64,000 bases of DNA from an uncultured Aquimarina sp. GTDB taxonomy: Bacteria; Bacteroidota; Bacteroidia; Flavobacteriales; Flavobacteriaceae. The notes under the pieces were generated by a model that was given only the letters and a program-made list of their open reading frames with translations, made no database searches and was not told the DNA's origin. A program made the position numbers and the translations under genes. The DNA is taken from the NCBI GenBank assembly GCA_947493495.1, contig CANLRN010000016.1:1404-65403 (forward strand), read 5' to 3'. Position 1 is the first letter of the stretch; each line of letters opens with the position of its first letter. Shown in pieces: positions 30,501 through 38,516 of the stretch.

Positions 30501-31328
30501 ACTTATGGAGAGGTTGAAGACTATACCATTAATCTTAAAGAAGGTAATGGTAGCCCTAGTCCAAGTGGCAATGTAATTGCTGCATATTTCTTTGAAACTG
30601 GTTATGATGGATGGACAGATGGTGGAAGTGATTGCTCAAGAATTAATAATAGTGAGCGTGCCTTTGAAGGAGATTTTTCGATTCGACTTCGTGATAATAG
30701 TGCTTCTTCTAACGCTATTTCTCCAGTTTTGAATTTAACAGGAAACACAGAAGTTTCTATTAATTTTCAAACATTTGCGGTTGATATGGAAGATGGAGAA
30801 GATTACTTTGTTGAGTTCTTTAATGGATCTTCTTATGAAGTAATTGGTCGATATATTACTGGAACAGATTTTACCAATGGAGCATTCTTTACAGACACTA
30901 TAGTACTTAACTCTGGAACCTATAATTTTAATGCTAATAACAGATTTAGAATTCGTTGTGATGCAAGTGTAAATAATGATCAGGTGTATTTTGATCAAAT
31001 CATAATTTCTGGTGATAATACAAGAGCGTCAAGCCCTAACCTACCAAAAGATCCAGAGAATGAAACCGAACCAGATACGTTTACAGAAAACGCTCTTAAA
31101 AACATTAATCTGTATCCAAATCCGGCAAGCGCTTTATTAAACATCGAAATTACAAGAGGAAGTTTTGAAGAAATTATTATTTCATCTTCTACTGGTGCTA
31201 TTGTTAAGCAATTAAAACCTGAAGAAAGAACTTTTGCTGTAGATATTTCTGATTTTGCATCAGGGATGTACTTCGTAAGATTTGTTTCTAAAAGATTGAC
31301 GCTTACCAAAAGGTTTGTAAAAAACTAG
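27516..31328 (+). CDS. PQQ sugar-dehydrogenase-like + beta-propeller repeats + FN3 + GEVED + beta-sandwich + T9SS CTD; paralog of 3900-6449
   Basis: Same GSDH motifs and GGxF/NNIAxW repeats; FN3 DTQAPTDPTNLTA...LNWTASTDN; GEVED WVDYNNNGDF...GEVEDYTINL; CTD LYPNPAS...GMYFVR. Likely start ATG 27516. Confidence 0.88.
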   Translation: MRTLTIQTVLLFLLSSISLQSQITYQNAFPNINFEFPTEIQNANDGSNRLFVVEQRGRIEVFSNQSNVTNTSNFLDITDRVRFRNGQEVGLLGLAFHPQYTSNGYIYVYYTTDSPANGISVRMVLSRFSVNPSNNNDVLEDSEQVIFQFDKNQNNSNHNGGKIAFGPDGYLYISIGDGGGGNDPRRNGQNKNTVFGSILRIDVDLDGSNPVENNPTPPNGNYEIPSDNPLVGSNGLDEIYVYGIRNTWKFAFDEVTGRCWGADVGQNAFEEINIIESGKNYGWSRFEANSVANSNVTISEPTEFPVFFYNRNQGDRSITGGYVYRGSEITSLNPDIQGKYIFGDYVSGRVWVLNYNPSTGDASRTLLFNTTNEFVSSFGLDEDGELYFSDYGTNAQLYKLVDGTSPPSGTAVNGIGQWSTLNEGVINGIVNDIVTAPNGNVYHAGTFSQAGTISANNIAVWNQTSGWQSLGNGANGTINALAIAPNGNIYAGGSFTEIGGVTANNIAVYNGSNWSALGSGIDGTVAAMAIRDNGDLYVGGVFETVNGNTVRNIALWNGSQWAALRDATTAVAGTNNEIRALAIDTDGTLYVGGNFDEAGSNTANRIATWNGTNWGTLGSGTSGFVEAIAVTPTEVYIGGNFAIAGGQTVNRIARWNKNTTSWSSVGNGVNNIVNSLIHDGTYLYAAGAFDNANIDANNRIIVNNIARWSSIEGWEALGTNTNVGVDIKVNTLSFASDTDGTNKLYAGGNFTSAGAINASNTAEWLSENTSTPPDTQAPTDPTNLTANNITADSATLNWTASTDNVEVTQYNISIDGNSVGTSANTSFNVTQLAPSTTYTASVTSQDAAGNISGSATVSFTTINGPTVTYCDSASTTVNEEFISRVQINTIDNTSGAQFYSDFSTTSTDLIEGQNYTVSVTPTWTGTIYAEAYAVWVDYNNNGDFTDAEELVFSKSPSSDTNNTGTFTIPTGTARTSVRMRVSMKYNEIPTSCETFTYGEVEDYTINLKEGNGSPSPSGNVIAAYFFETGYDGWTDGGSDCSRINNSERAFEGDFSIRLRDNSASSNAISPVLNLTGNTEVSINFQTFAVDMEDGEDYFVEFFNGSSYEVIGRYITGTDFTNGAFFTDTIVLNSGTYNFNANNRFRIRCDASVNNDQVYFDQIIISGDNTRASSPNLPKDPENETEPDTFTENALKNINLYPNPASALLNIEITRGSFEEIIISSSTGAIVKQLKPEERTFAVDISDFASGMYFVRFVSKRLTLTKRFVKN

Positions 31329-31340
31329 ATACTTAAACAT

Positions 31341-31390
31341 TATTAATAAAAGAGAGTTGTTTTCTATAAAGCAACTCTCTTTTATTAATA
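31341..31390. terminator. Intrinsic terminator hairpin
   Basis: Perfect 19-bp inverted repeat TATTAATAAAAGAGAGTTG / CAACTCTCTTTTATTAATA, 12 bp after the stop. Confidence 0.85.
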
Positions 31391-31443
31391 GTACTTTACT
31401 TGAAATACTAAAAGAGCTATCTTTGTATTCCTAAAAAAAACAT

Positions 31444-32262
31444 ATGGATCTTTCTAAGATTAAAAACTTAAAAAACCTTGAAGCCAACAATTTTTTCTTG
31501 CTTGCAGGCCCTTGCGCTATAGAAGGTGAAGAAATGGCACTACGCATTGCAGAAAAAGCCGTAGAGATAACCTCAAAACTAAGAATACCTTATGTTTTTA
31601 AAGGCTCTTTCAAAAAAGCAAATCGTAGTCGTATTGATAGCTTTACAGGAATTGGCAATGAAAAAGCATTAAAAATTCTTCGTAAAGTAGGTGAAACTTT
31701 TGAAGTTCCTACGGTTACTGACATTCACGAAAATGAAGATGCTGATTTAGCTGCTGAGTATGTTGATATTTTGCAAATTCCTGCATTTCTGGTTAGACAA
31801 ACTGATCTTGTAGTTGCTGCTGCAAAAACAGGAAAAACGGTAAATCTAAAAAAGGGGCAGTTTATGAGTCCCGAAGCCATGCAACATGCCGTTAGAAAGG
31901 TTAATGATAGCGGAAATGACAATGCTATGATTACGGATCGAGGTACTATGTTTGGATATCAGGATATGATTGTAGATTTTAGAGGAATTCCAACCATGAG
32001 ACAATACGCAACTACAGTTCTAGATGTAACACATTCTTTACAGCAACCTAATCAATCAAGTGGTGTTACTGGCGGAAGGCCGGATATGATAGAAACAATT
32101 GCTAGAGCAGGTATCGTTACTGGTGTAGACGGCTTATTTATAGAAACACATTTTGATCCTGCAAATGCAAAAAGTGACGGTGCTAATATGTTAGATCTCC
32201 AATATTTAGAAAAACTATTAAGCAATTTGGTGACTATAAGGCAAACCATTGTTCGGCTATAA
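31444..32262 (+). CDS. kdsA: 3-deoxy-8-phosphooctulonate (KDO8P) synthase
   Basis: LLAGPCAIE, FKGSFKKANRSR, QIPAFLVRQTDL, KKGQF, DVTHSLQQP and DGLFIETH motifs. A TATCTTTG -7 element lies at 31418-31425. Confidence 0.96.
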   Translation: MDLSKIKNLKNLEANNFFLLAGPCAIEGEEMALRIAEKAVEITSKLRIPYVFKGSFKKANRSRIDSFTGIGNEKALKILRKVGETFEVPTVTDIHENEDADLAAEYVDILQIPAFLVRQTDLVVAAAKTGKTVNLKKGQFMSPEAMQHAVRKVNDSGNDNAMITDRGTMFGYQDMIVDFRGIPTMRQYATTVLDVTHSLQQPNQSSGVTGGRPDMIETIARAGIVTGVDGLFIETHFDPANAKSDGANMLDLQYLEKLLSNLVTIRQTIVRL

Positions 32263-32287
32263 TCATACACTATTGTGCAAAAAGGTA

Positions 32288-32635
32288 TTACAACTTATAT
32301 AAAGATGCTGCATCTTGCAAAATATCAATAAGTACCTGATCCTGAATATCCTCTAATTTCCAGTACCGTAGAGATTTCATCATTTTTCTACCATCTGTCA
32401 CCAGATGATCTGGATGAACCTGTATCTGATTTGCCTTCCAAAATCCAATATCCACATAGCCTTTGGTTACATTAAAATAGCAGAAGGGTTTCTCATTAAT
32501 ATAATAAAAAGGGAGTTTATACTTATATTTCAGTGAGACTTGGGGTACCGAATTTTCGATAATGACCTGTAGATGTATCAATAGTGTTCTATAAGGTTCT
32601 GGTTGATTCTCTATATATTCTAAAGCAGGATTCAA
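32288..32635 (-). CDS. DUF1801 (YdhG-like) domain protein
   Basis: C-terminal part of the 263-aa track ORF: (M)NPALEYIENQPEPYRTLL...KYKYKLPFYY...KPFCYFN...GRKMMKSLRY. TTG start at 32635 inferred; the N-terminal extension is the antisense shadow of the next gene. Confidence 0.75.
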   Translation of the reverse strand: MNPALEYIENQPEPYRTLLIHLQVIIENSVPQVSLKYKYKLPFYYINEKPFCYFNVTKGYVDIGFWKANQIQVHPDHLVTDGRKMMKSLRYWKLEDIQDQVLIDILQDAASLYKL

Positions 32636-32654
32636 TAAAAAGTAGTATTTTAGA

Positions 32655-34178
32655 TTGATTATTTTAATAACCCCAAGATATTTAATCACATTGAAACCGC
32701 AAAACTTAGCCATTTTATTTATTTGTATATGTTCTTTTTTTGGAATAGGAACTACACAATCTATTGCCCAAAAAAAAACTAAATCTGAAACCCTTACCAT
32801 AGAAGCTACGGTCTTAGACAAGGACACCAAAGACCCTTTACCTTTTACCAATGTCATTGTAGAAAACACATCAATTGGTACGATTACTAATGAAGATGGT
32901 ATGTTCGAATTAACAATCAGCAAAAAATATGAATCCTCTTCAGTTATTTTTTCTTTTGTTGGATATGAGAATACTAGTATCACTGTAAAAAAAATTACAG
33001 GTGCTAATAAGAAAGTATACTTACAGACAGCCTCTACTTCATTAGATGAAATCATAGTTACTGCAAAAAACAAATACAAAGAGCTTATTGATCAAGCTAT
33101 CGCATTAATCCCCAAAAATTACGCGCAAAACCCTGTAAAATTAGAAACATATTACAGAGAACTTACTAAAACAGATACAAACTACACCAAGTTTTCTGAT
33201 GCAGCAAGTACCATCTATTATACTGGGTATGATCCCGATTTTGATCACCAAATATCTAATACAGATTACATACAATTTAATCGGTTAGAAAAAAACATCA
33301 ATCAAGTTCCTTTCCCAGAACCAGAAGAATTTATTGCAGATACTCGAGATCAGGCAAAAATCGTTGCACTGCGAAAAAGTAACAATCTAAAAGACTATAA
33401 AATCTTAGAGCAGTCAAAAAAACTAATAGCTATAGATACTTCGAATCTAAAGTGGTTAGAAAATAATGATATAGGTGGCGGACCATTACGACTGACTGGA
33501 GCGGATAAAATAAAACGTCTAGAAGATTTTTTAGATCCCAAAATAAATAACAACTACCTCTTTACCCTATACGGTAAAAGTTCTTATGATGACAGACCTA
33601 TTTACATTATTTCTTTTAAACCAAAAGACTCTACTAGCCTAAAAGCAAAATATCTTGGAGAAATAACTATAGATGAAGAAAACAAAGCTATTATAGGATA
33701 TCAATATCGCTTAACCAAAAAAGCAAAAAAAAGATTAAATCGAAGATTTGCAGCGCAATTAAAAACACCTAAGTCTATTGAAAAAAAAACAAAAAAAGCT
33801 TTTATTACTCGGGTAACAAGTCTAAAAGATTATAAGGTCTATGTTTCTTTTTCAAAATACCAAGACAAATGGTATTTAAAAAGAATTAAGGCTATTAATG
33901 AATATACTAACTCTGGTGATTTATTCGAAGATTATAAGGTAATTACAGAATCCGAATTGGTTGTCAATTCTGTAAAAACAGATAGTATTCATCGATTATC
34001 TCCAGATGAAATTTACAAAGCTAATTTTTCTAATTTCTTATTTAATTATCATATGCCATATGATATTGATTTCTGGAAAAAATACAGTACGCTACTACCA
34101 ATAGGAGTTGTTGGCAAAGCCTTAGAAGATCTAGAAACCAAAGGAAGTTTAGAGTCACAATTTCTAGGGAAACAATAA
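32655..34178 (+). CDS. Carboxypeptidase-regulatory-like domain-containing exported protein
   Basis: VLDKDTKDPLPFTNV...GTITNEDGMF...FSFVGYE...LDEIIV domain followed by YYRE-type body. True start probably slightly downstream. Confidence 0.75.
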   Translation: MIILITPRYLITLKPQNLAILFICICSFFGIGTTQSIAQKKTKSETLTIEATVLDKDTKDPLPFTNVIVENTSIGTITNEDGMFELTISKKYESSSVIFSFVGYENTSITVKKITGANKKVYLQTASTSLDEIIVTAKNKYKELIDQAIALIPKNYAQNPVKLETYYRELTKTDTNYTKFSDAASTIYYTGYDPDFDHQISNTDYIQFNRLEKNINQVPFPEPEEFIADTRDQAKIVALRKSNNLKDYKILEQSKKLIAIDTSNLKWLENNDIGGGPLRLTGADKIKRLEDFLDPKINNNYLFTLYGKSSYDDRPIYIISFKPKDSTSLKAKYLGEITIDEENKAIIGYQYRLTKKAKKRLNRRFAAQLKTPKSIEKKTKKAFITRVTSLKDYKVYVSFSKYQDKWYLKRIKAINEYTNSGDLFEDYKVITESELVVNSVKTDSIHRLSPDEIYKANFSNFLFNYHMPYDIDFWKKYSTLLPIGVVGKALEDLETKGSLESQFLGKQ

Positions 34179-34228
34179 TTTTTTTACTTTTTGTACAAAA
34201 AAACTTGTAATAGTTACAATTTTATTTT

Positions 34229-34251
34229 TACTTTGTATTTCAAAGTACTTT
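34229..34251. promoter_or_regulatory. Palindromic operator candidate, copy 1
   Basis: TACTTTG-TATTT-CAAAGTA-CTTT immediately before ATG 34256; near-identical copy at 35208. Confidence 0.6.
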
Positions 34252-34255
34252 TAAC

Positions 34256-34861
34256 ATGAGCGCAGAAGATTATTTAAAAGATATTACAGAGATTAAGGAT
34301 ATGATGAATAAATCATCACGGTTTTTCTTATTAAGTGGATTATCAGGAATATTATCAGGTATATATGCCTTGATTGGTGCTGCTATTGCATATTATCTAG
34401 TTAGTAATAGTGGTCGGGATTATTTAATTCTAGATGGAGAAATATTCAATTATATCTTAATCGATTTATCAATTGTAGCACTACTTAGTGTGATTACAGC
34501 GGCTATATTAAGCAATCGAAAAGCTAAAAAAAATAACGAATATCTGTGGAATAGCACAACCAAGAGATTATTAACAGCCTTTCTAATTCCTTTGATAACA
34601 GGCGGTATTTATATCCTCATAAAAATATATAGCAATCATTATGGACTTACAGGTTCTCTAATGCTTATATTTTATGGCTTAGCATTGGTCAATGCATCAA
34701 AATATACAATAGGAAATGTAAAATATCTAGGCTATACAGAAATTATTTTAGGGTTAATTTGTGCTGTTTATCCAGGGTATGGTTTTTGGTTTTGGGTAGT
34801 AGGGTTTGGTATTATGCATATCATATATGGTAGTATGATTTATCTAAAACACGATCGATAA
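34256..34861 (+). CDS. Conserved multi-TM membrane protein
   Basis: 201 aa, several hydrophobic segments; YLKDITEIKDMMNKSSRF...LSGLSG, GxGIMHIIYG. Confidence 0.8.
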   Translation: MSAEDYLKDITEIKDMMNKSSRFFLLSGLSGILSGIYALIGAAIAYYLVSNSGRDYLILDGEIFNYILIDLSIVALLSVITAAILSNRKAKKNNEYLWNSTTKRLLTAFLIPLITGGIYILIKIYSNHYGLTGSLMLIFYGLALVNASKYTIGNVKYLGYTEIILGLICAVYPGYGFWFWVVGFGIMHIIYGSMIYLKHDR

Positions 34862-34893
34862 AAAAACCTTGAAAAACCAATTCAAGATCACAC

Positions 34894-35187
34894 ATGAAAA
34901 ATATAATTGGAAATATAAATAAGGCTTTTGATCATCGAATTAGATTAGGCATTATGTCAATCTTAGTCGTAAACGAGTATGCCGATTTTAAAACACTTAA
35001 AGAACTACTTGGTGCAACTGATGGTAATCTAGCTAGTCATACCAGAGCTTTAGAAAAAGAAGAATATATAGTAGTAGAAAAATTATTTATAGGTAGAAAA
35101 CCTAATACCAGATATAGCGCCAGTAAAAAAGGTAGAGAAGCTTTTAAAAAACACGTAGAAGCCATAGAAAAATTATTAAAAAAGTAA
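34894..35187 (+). CDS. Winged helix-turn-helix transcriptional regulator (ArsR/MarR-like)
   Basis: RIRLGIMSIL...DFKTLKELL..TDGNLASH..ALEKEEYI...GRKPNTRYS. Confidence 0.9.
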   Translation: MKNIIGNINKAFDHRIRLGIMSILVVNEYADFKTLKELLGATDGNLASHTRALEKEEYIVVEKLFIGRKPNTRYSASKKGREAFKKHVEAIEKLLKK

Positions 35188-35207
35188 TCTATTTTTTTTA
35201 CTATTAA

Positions 35208-35229
35208 ACTTTGAATTTCAAAGTACTTT
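35208..35229. promoter_or_regulatory. Palindromic operator candidate, copy 2
   Basis: ACTTTGAATTTCAAAGTACTTT, 21/22 identical to 34230-34251; lies in the gap before ORF 35282. Confidence 0.6.
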
Positions 35230-35281
35230 AATAAACAAAATATCAGAAATAATAAAAACAACTTTCTTAATTAAAACTATT

Positions 35282-35590
35282 ATGAGAATACTACAACCAG
35301 TAAACAAAAATGCATTATTCATTGCCACTATAAGTTTTTTAGTCGGTACAATACTATTGATATCATACGTAATGATTGATTGGGATACATTAATCCCTAT
35401 CGGTATATTTTATGTTTTAATCGCTTTTACATTAAACATTATCACTCTTGTTGCTGTTATTGCCAATAGTCTTATCAACTATCATTTATATAAAGAAAAC
35501 GTACTCACCGTAGTACTCTTTTTGATAAACATACCTGTAGCTATTGGATATTTTTTAATAGTAATCAATCTTCCTTTTCAAAACATATAA
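35282..35590 (+). CDS. Small membrane protein (about 3 TM)
   Basis: 102 aa, highly hydrophobic, co-oriented within the operon. Confidence 0.7.
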   Translation: MRILQPVNKNALFIATISFLVGTILLISYVMIDWDTLIPIGIFYVLIAFTLNIITLVAVIANSLINYHLYKENVLTVVLFLINIPVAIGYFLIVINLPFQNI

Positions 35591-35594
35591 CTTC

Positions 35595-36245
35595 ATGGAA
35601 ACTATCTATAAAAACATACATTTTATCAAAAGTTTTGCAGTAGCAGTATTGTTTAGTGTGCTATTACTCTTTATTAGAATCTTTACTGTTGGTTCAGACT
35701 TTTTCTTATTCTTAGTTTGGAATTTATTTCTAGCCTGTATCCCATATATGATTACTATTGTTATGGGGTATAAGCGTCTACATGAAAACAACTTTTTTTT
35801 CTGGTCAGGCTTTATAATATGGTTAGCGTTTTTACCTAATTCTCCATATATAGTAACTGATCTACAACATATCAGAATAAGCACACTACATTCTATTTGG
35901 TTTGATGTATTACTTATCTTATCATTTGCAATTAATGGATTACTCATAGGTTTTGCATCCATACATATGATGCAGGATTTATTACGGAAACGATTTTCTA
36001 AAAAAAATACATATGCAATTGTTTACTGTGTCTTACTTCTCTGTGGATTTGGGATATATCTAGGTAGAGTTTTGCGATGGAATAGCTGGGATTTGATACA
36101 GCATCCTCTGGATATACTAGCAGATATAGCAAAGAGACTATTATTCCCTATTCTACATATACAAACTTGGGTATTTACACTAGGATTTGGAGGGTTTCTT
36201 ATCATCTCTTATCAATTAGTACAACATTATCAAAAACAAAAATAA
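35595..36245 (+). CDS. DUF1361 family membrane protein
   Basis: FLVWNLFLACIP, WLAFLPNSPYIVTDLQH and GIYLGRVLRWNSWD motifs. Confidence 0.85.
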   Translation: METIYKNIHFIKSFAVAVLFSVLLLFIRIFTVGSDFFLFLVWNLFLACIPYMITIVMGYKRLHENNFFFWSGFIIWLAFLPNSPYIVTDLQHIRISTLHSIWFDVLLILSFAINGLLIGFASIHMMQDLLRKRFSKKNTYAIVYCVLLLCGFGIYLGRVLRWNSWDLIQHPLDILADIAKRLLFPILHIQTWVFTLGFGGFLIISYQLVQHYQKQK

Positions 36246-36265
36246 TTTTATAATTTTTTAAAACT

Positions 36266-37627
36266 ATGGAAACTAAAAAAGGAAAAAAGTCATTTGGTCA
36301 ATGGATCAAAACATCAATTACCGTAAGAATGTTAATGGTGGGTATACTCATACTAGTATTACTCATCCCTTTATCGTATGTAAAGAATTTAATTCGGGAA
36401 CGATCTCTCAGGCAAAAAGAAGTCATTAGCGAAATCAATCAAAAATGGGGTAATGAAGTACTATTATATGGCCCTATACTTAAGGTTCCATATCAAACAC
36501 ATAATATAAAAAAGACCTGGAATGAAGAGACAAAATCTTATTTTCAGGAAGATATTATATCTATAAAAAATGCATATTTCTTTCCAAATGATCTTGATAT
36601 AAATGGAAATGTAGATGTGGATGCAGAAAACCTAAAACGAGGTATTTACACCTCTGCAGTATACACTGCAGATATGAAGATAAAAGGATCTTTTGCCATT
36701 CCCAATTTTGAATCTCAGGATATCACAAATACAGATATTTTATGGAATAAAGCTACAGTACTTATAAACTCTACTAATCTAAAAGGTATTAAAAGCAACC
36801 TACAAATAGCATTAGAAACTGAGTCTTATCCATTAAGATCTCGCTATTCACAGGATTCATATACCAATACATTAGAAACTAAATTTATAAAAGAAACATC
36901 GTTACCAATAACAAAAGCTATTAATTTTAACCTTGATCTAAAAGTGAATGGTAGCGAATACCTGCGTTTTATCCCTGTTGGTAGAGAAACCAATGTTTCT
37001 CTAGATTCCAATTGGGCCTCCCCTAGTTTTGATGGCAACTATTTACCTGATCCTAAGACAAAATCCATTACCGAAAATGGTTTTAAAGCAAATTGGAAAG
37101 TACTAGAAATTAACCGAGAGTTCGAACAAGAATTTTTTGGCTCCTTGCCACAGATAAACTCATCTGCATTTGGCGTAAAATTATTTATCCCTGTAGATGA
37201 GTATCAAAAAAGTGAACGAGCAACAAAATATGGATATCTAGTCATTGCATTGACATTCTTAGTGTTTTTTTTAATACAAGCAGTAAGTAAAATTAATATA
37301 CACCCTTTTCAATATCTAATGATAGGATTAGCAATGACAATGTTTTATACGTTACTGATATCAATCTCTGAGCACTCTAGCTTTTTAAAAGCCTATAGCA
37401 TTGCAGGTATCGCAGTAGTTCTTCTGATAGCAACATACTCCAAAACAATATTGAAGAGCTTCAAGTTCATGGGACTTATCGGAGCTTCATTAGCTGCGCT
37501 ATATACTTTCATTTTTGTCATTATACAATTAGAAAACTACGCATTACTAGTAGGTAGCATAGGTTTATTCTTAATTCTTGGAACAATTATGATGGTATCC
37601 AGAAAAATTGATTGGGGAGAAGAATGA
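36266..37627 (+). CDS. creD: Inner-membrane protein CreD
   Basis: RGIY, FIPVGRET, WASPSFDG, YQKSERATKYG and IHPFQYLMIGLA motifs; C-terminal TM cluster. Confidence 0.9.
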   Translation: METKKGKKSFGQWIKTSITVRMLMVGILILVLLIPLSYVKNLIRERSLRQKEVISEINQKWGNEVLLYGPILKVPYQTHNIKKTWNEETKSYFQEDIISIKNAYFFPNDLDINGNVDVDAENLKRGIYTSAVYTADMKIKGSFAIPNFESQDITNTDILWNKATVLINSTNLKGIKSNLQIALETESYPLRSRYSQDSYTNTLETKFIKETSLPITKAINFNLDLKVNGSEYLRFIPVGRETNVSLDSNWASPSFDGNYLPDPKTKSITENGFKANWKVLEINREFEQEFFGSLPQINSSAFGVKLFIPVDEYQKSERATKYGYLVIALTFLVFFLIQAVSKINIHPFQYLMIGLAMTMFYTLLISISEHSSFLKAYSIAGIAVVLLIATYSKTILKSFKFMGLIGASLAALYTFIFVIIQLENYALLVGSIGLFLILGTIMMVSRKIDWGEE

Positions 37628-37667
37628 GTATTCATAAGTAAAAATAAGTACTGGTTAGTTTATTGAG

Positions 37668-37706
37668 AAAAAGTCGTACTTCAGGTTTTCGAAGTGCGGC
37701 TTTTTT
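37668..37706 (+). terminator. Intrinsic terminator after creD
   Basis: AAGTCGTACTTC...GAAGTGCGGCTT stem (with G-U pairs) followed by a T tract. Confidence 0.65.
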
Positions 37707-37735
37707 ATCTACTTTTAGCTTCTAAAGCTTCCATA

Positions 37736-38230
37736 ATGAAAAAAAATATCTTTTTACTACTCATAGCCACTACTACTTTATTTATTTCTTCTTGTAAAAA
37801 AGAGACTGATAAAAAAATTGTAACCGAAGAAATACAATTTAAGAAAGAAGGTGAGCTTTCTATATATACCATAAAAGATACAATTTCTAGTGAGGTCATG
37901 AAATTAGATATCGAGATTGCTGATAATAATTATGAAAGAGAAACTGGTTTGATGCATCGAAAATCTATGGAGAAAAACCAAGGGATGTTATTTATCCAAG
38001 AAAAATTGAAACCGCAAAGCTTTTATATGAAAAATACATTAATTCCTTTGGATATAATTTTTATTGATGATCACTATAAAGTTGTAAGTGTTCAGAAAAA
38101 TGCAAAACCATTAGACGAAACTTCGCTTCCCTCAGAGAAACCAGCGCTATATATCTTAGAAATCAATGCGGGCCTATTCGATCAATGGAATATAAAAATT
38201 GGAGATTCTTTTGCATTTAAGAAAATGTAA
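37736..38230 (+). CDS. DUF192 family lipoprotein
   Basis: Lipobox FISSC; RETGLMHR, GMLF, SFYMKNTLIPLDIIF and YILEINAG motifs. Likely start ATG 37736. Confidence 0.88.
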   Translation: MKKNIFLLLIATTTLFISSCKKETDKKIVTEEIQFKKEGELSIYTIKDTISSEVMKLDIEIADNNYERETGLMHRKSMEKNQGMLFIQEKLKPQSFYMKNTLIPLDIIFIDDHYKVVSVQKNAKPLDETSLPSEKPALYILEINAGLFDQWNIKIGDSFAFKKM

Positions 38231-38395
38231 TACGATTTATGGATGAGAATTTCGTAAAAATAATGGCAAGGATTTTTCGCTAGATTGATGAATCAAATTA
38301 AAGAATAGCCATAGCTATTGTTTCATTTTATGAAGAAAATATAGTAGAAAAAGAATGTCATTAGATGCGAAATTTTTATTCGTAAATCGTATAAT
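38227..38395. repeat. 169-bp palindromic intergenic element, family II, copy 1
   Basis: Ends GTAATACGATTTAT...TAAATCGTATAAT with ~29-bp imperfect IR; central AATAGC-CATA-GCTATT at 38304-38319. Its reverse complement starts and ends like 59073-59240. Confidence 0.75.
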
Positions 38396-38516
38396 ATAAA
38401 TTTTCTTTTACAGTACATCTATAGAATAAACGGTATTACTTTTATAAAAAAGAAAAATCTATTGCAGACACAATAGATTTTTCTTGTAAAATTTATTTTG
38501 AGTGTATCCGGTATAG

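Noticed and set aside
32636-33079. N-terminal 148 aa of the 263-aa minus-strand ORF
   Set aside because: Antisense to the carboxypeptidase-regulatory-domain gene; only the C-terminal DUF1801 part looks real.
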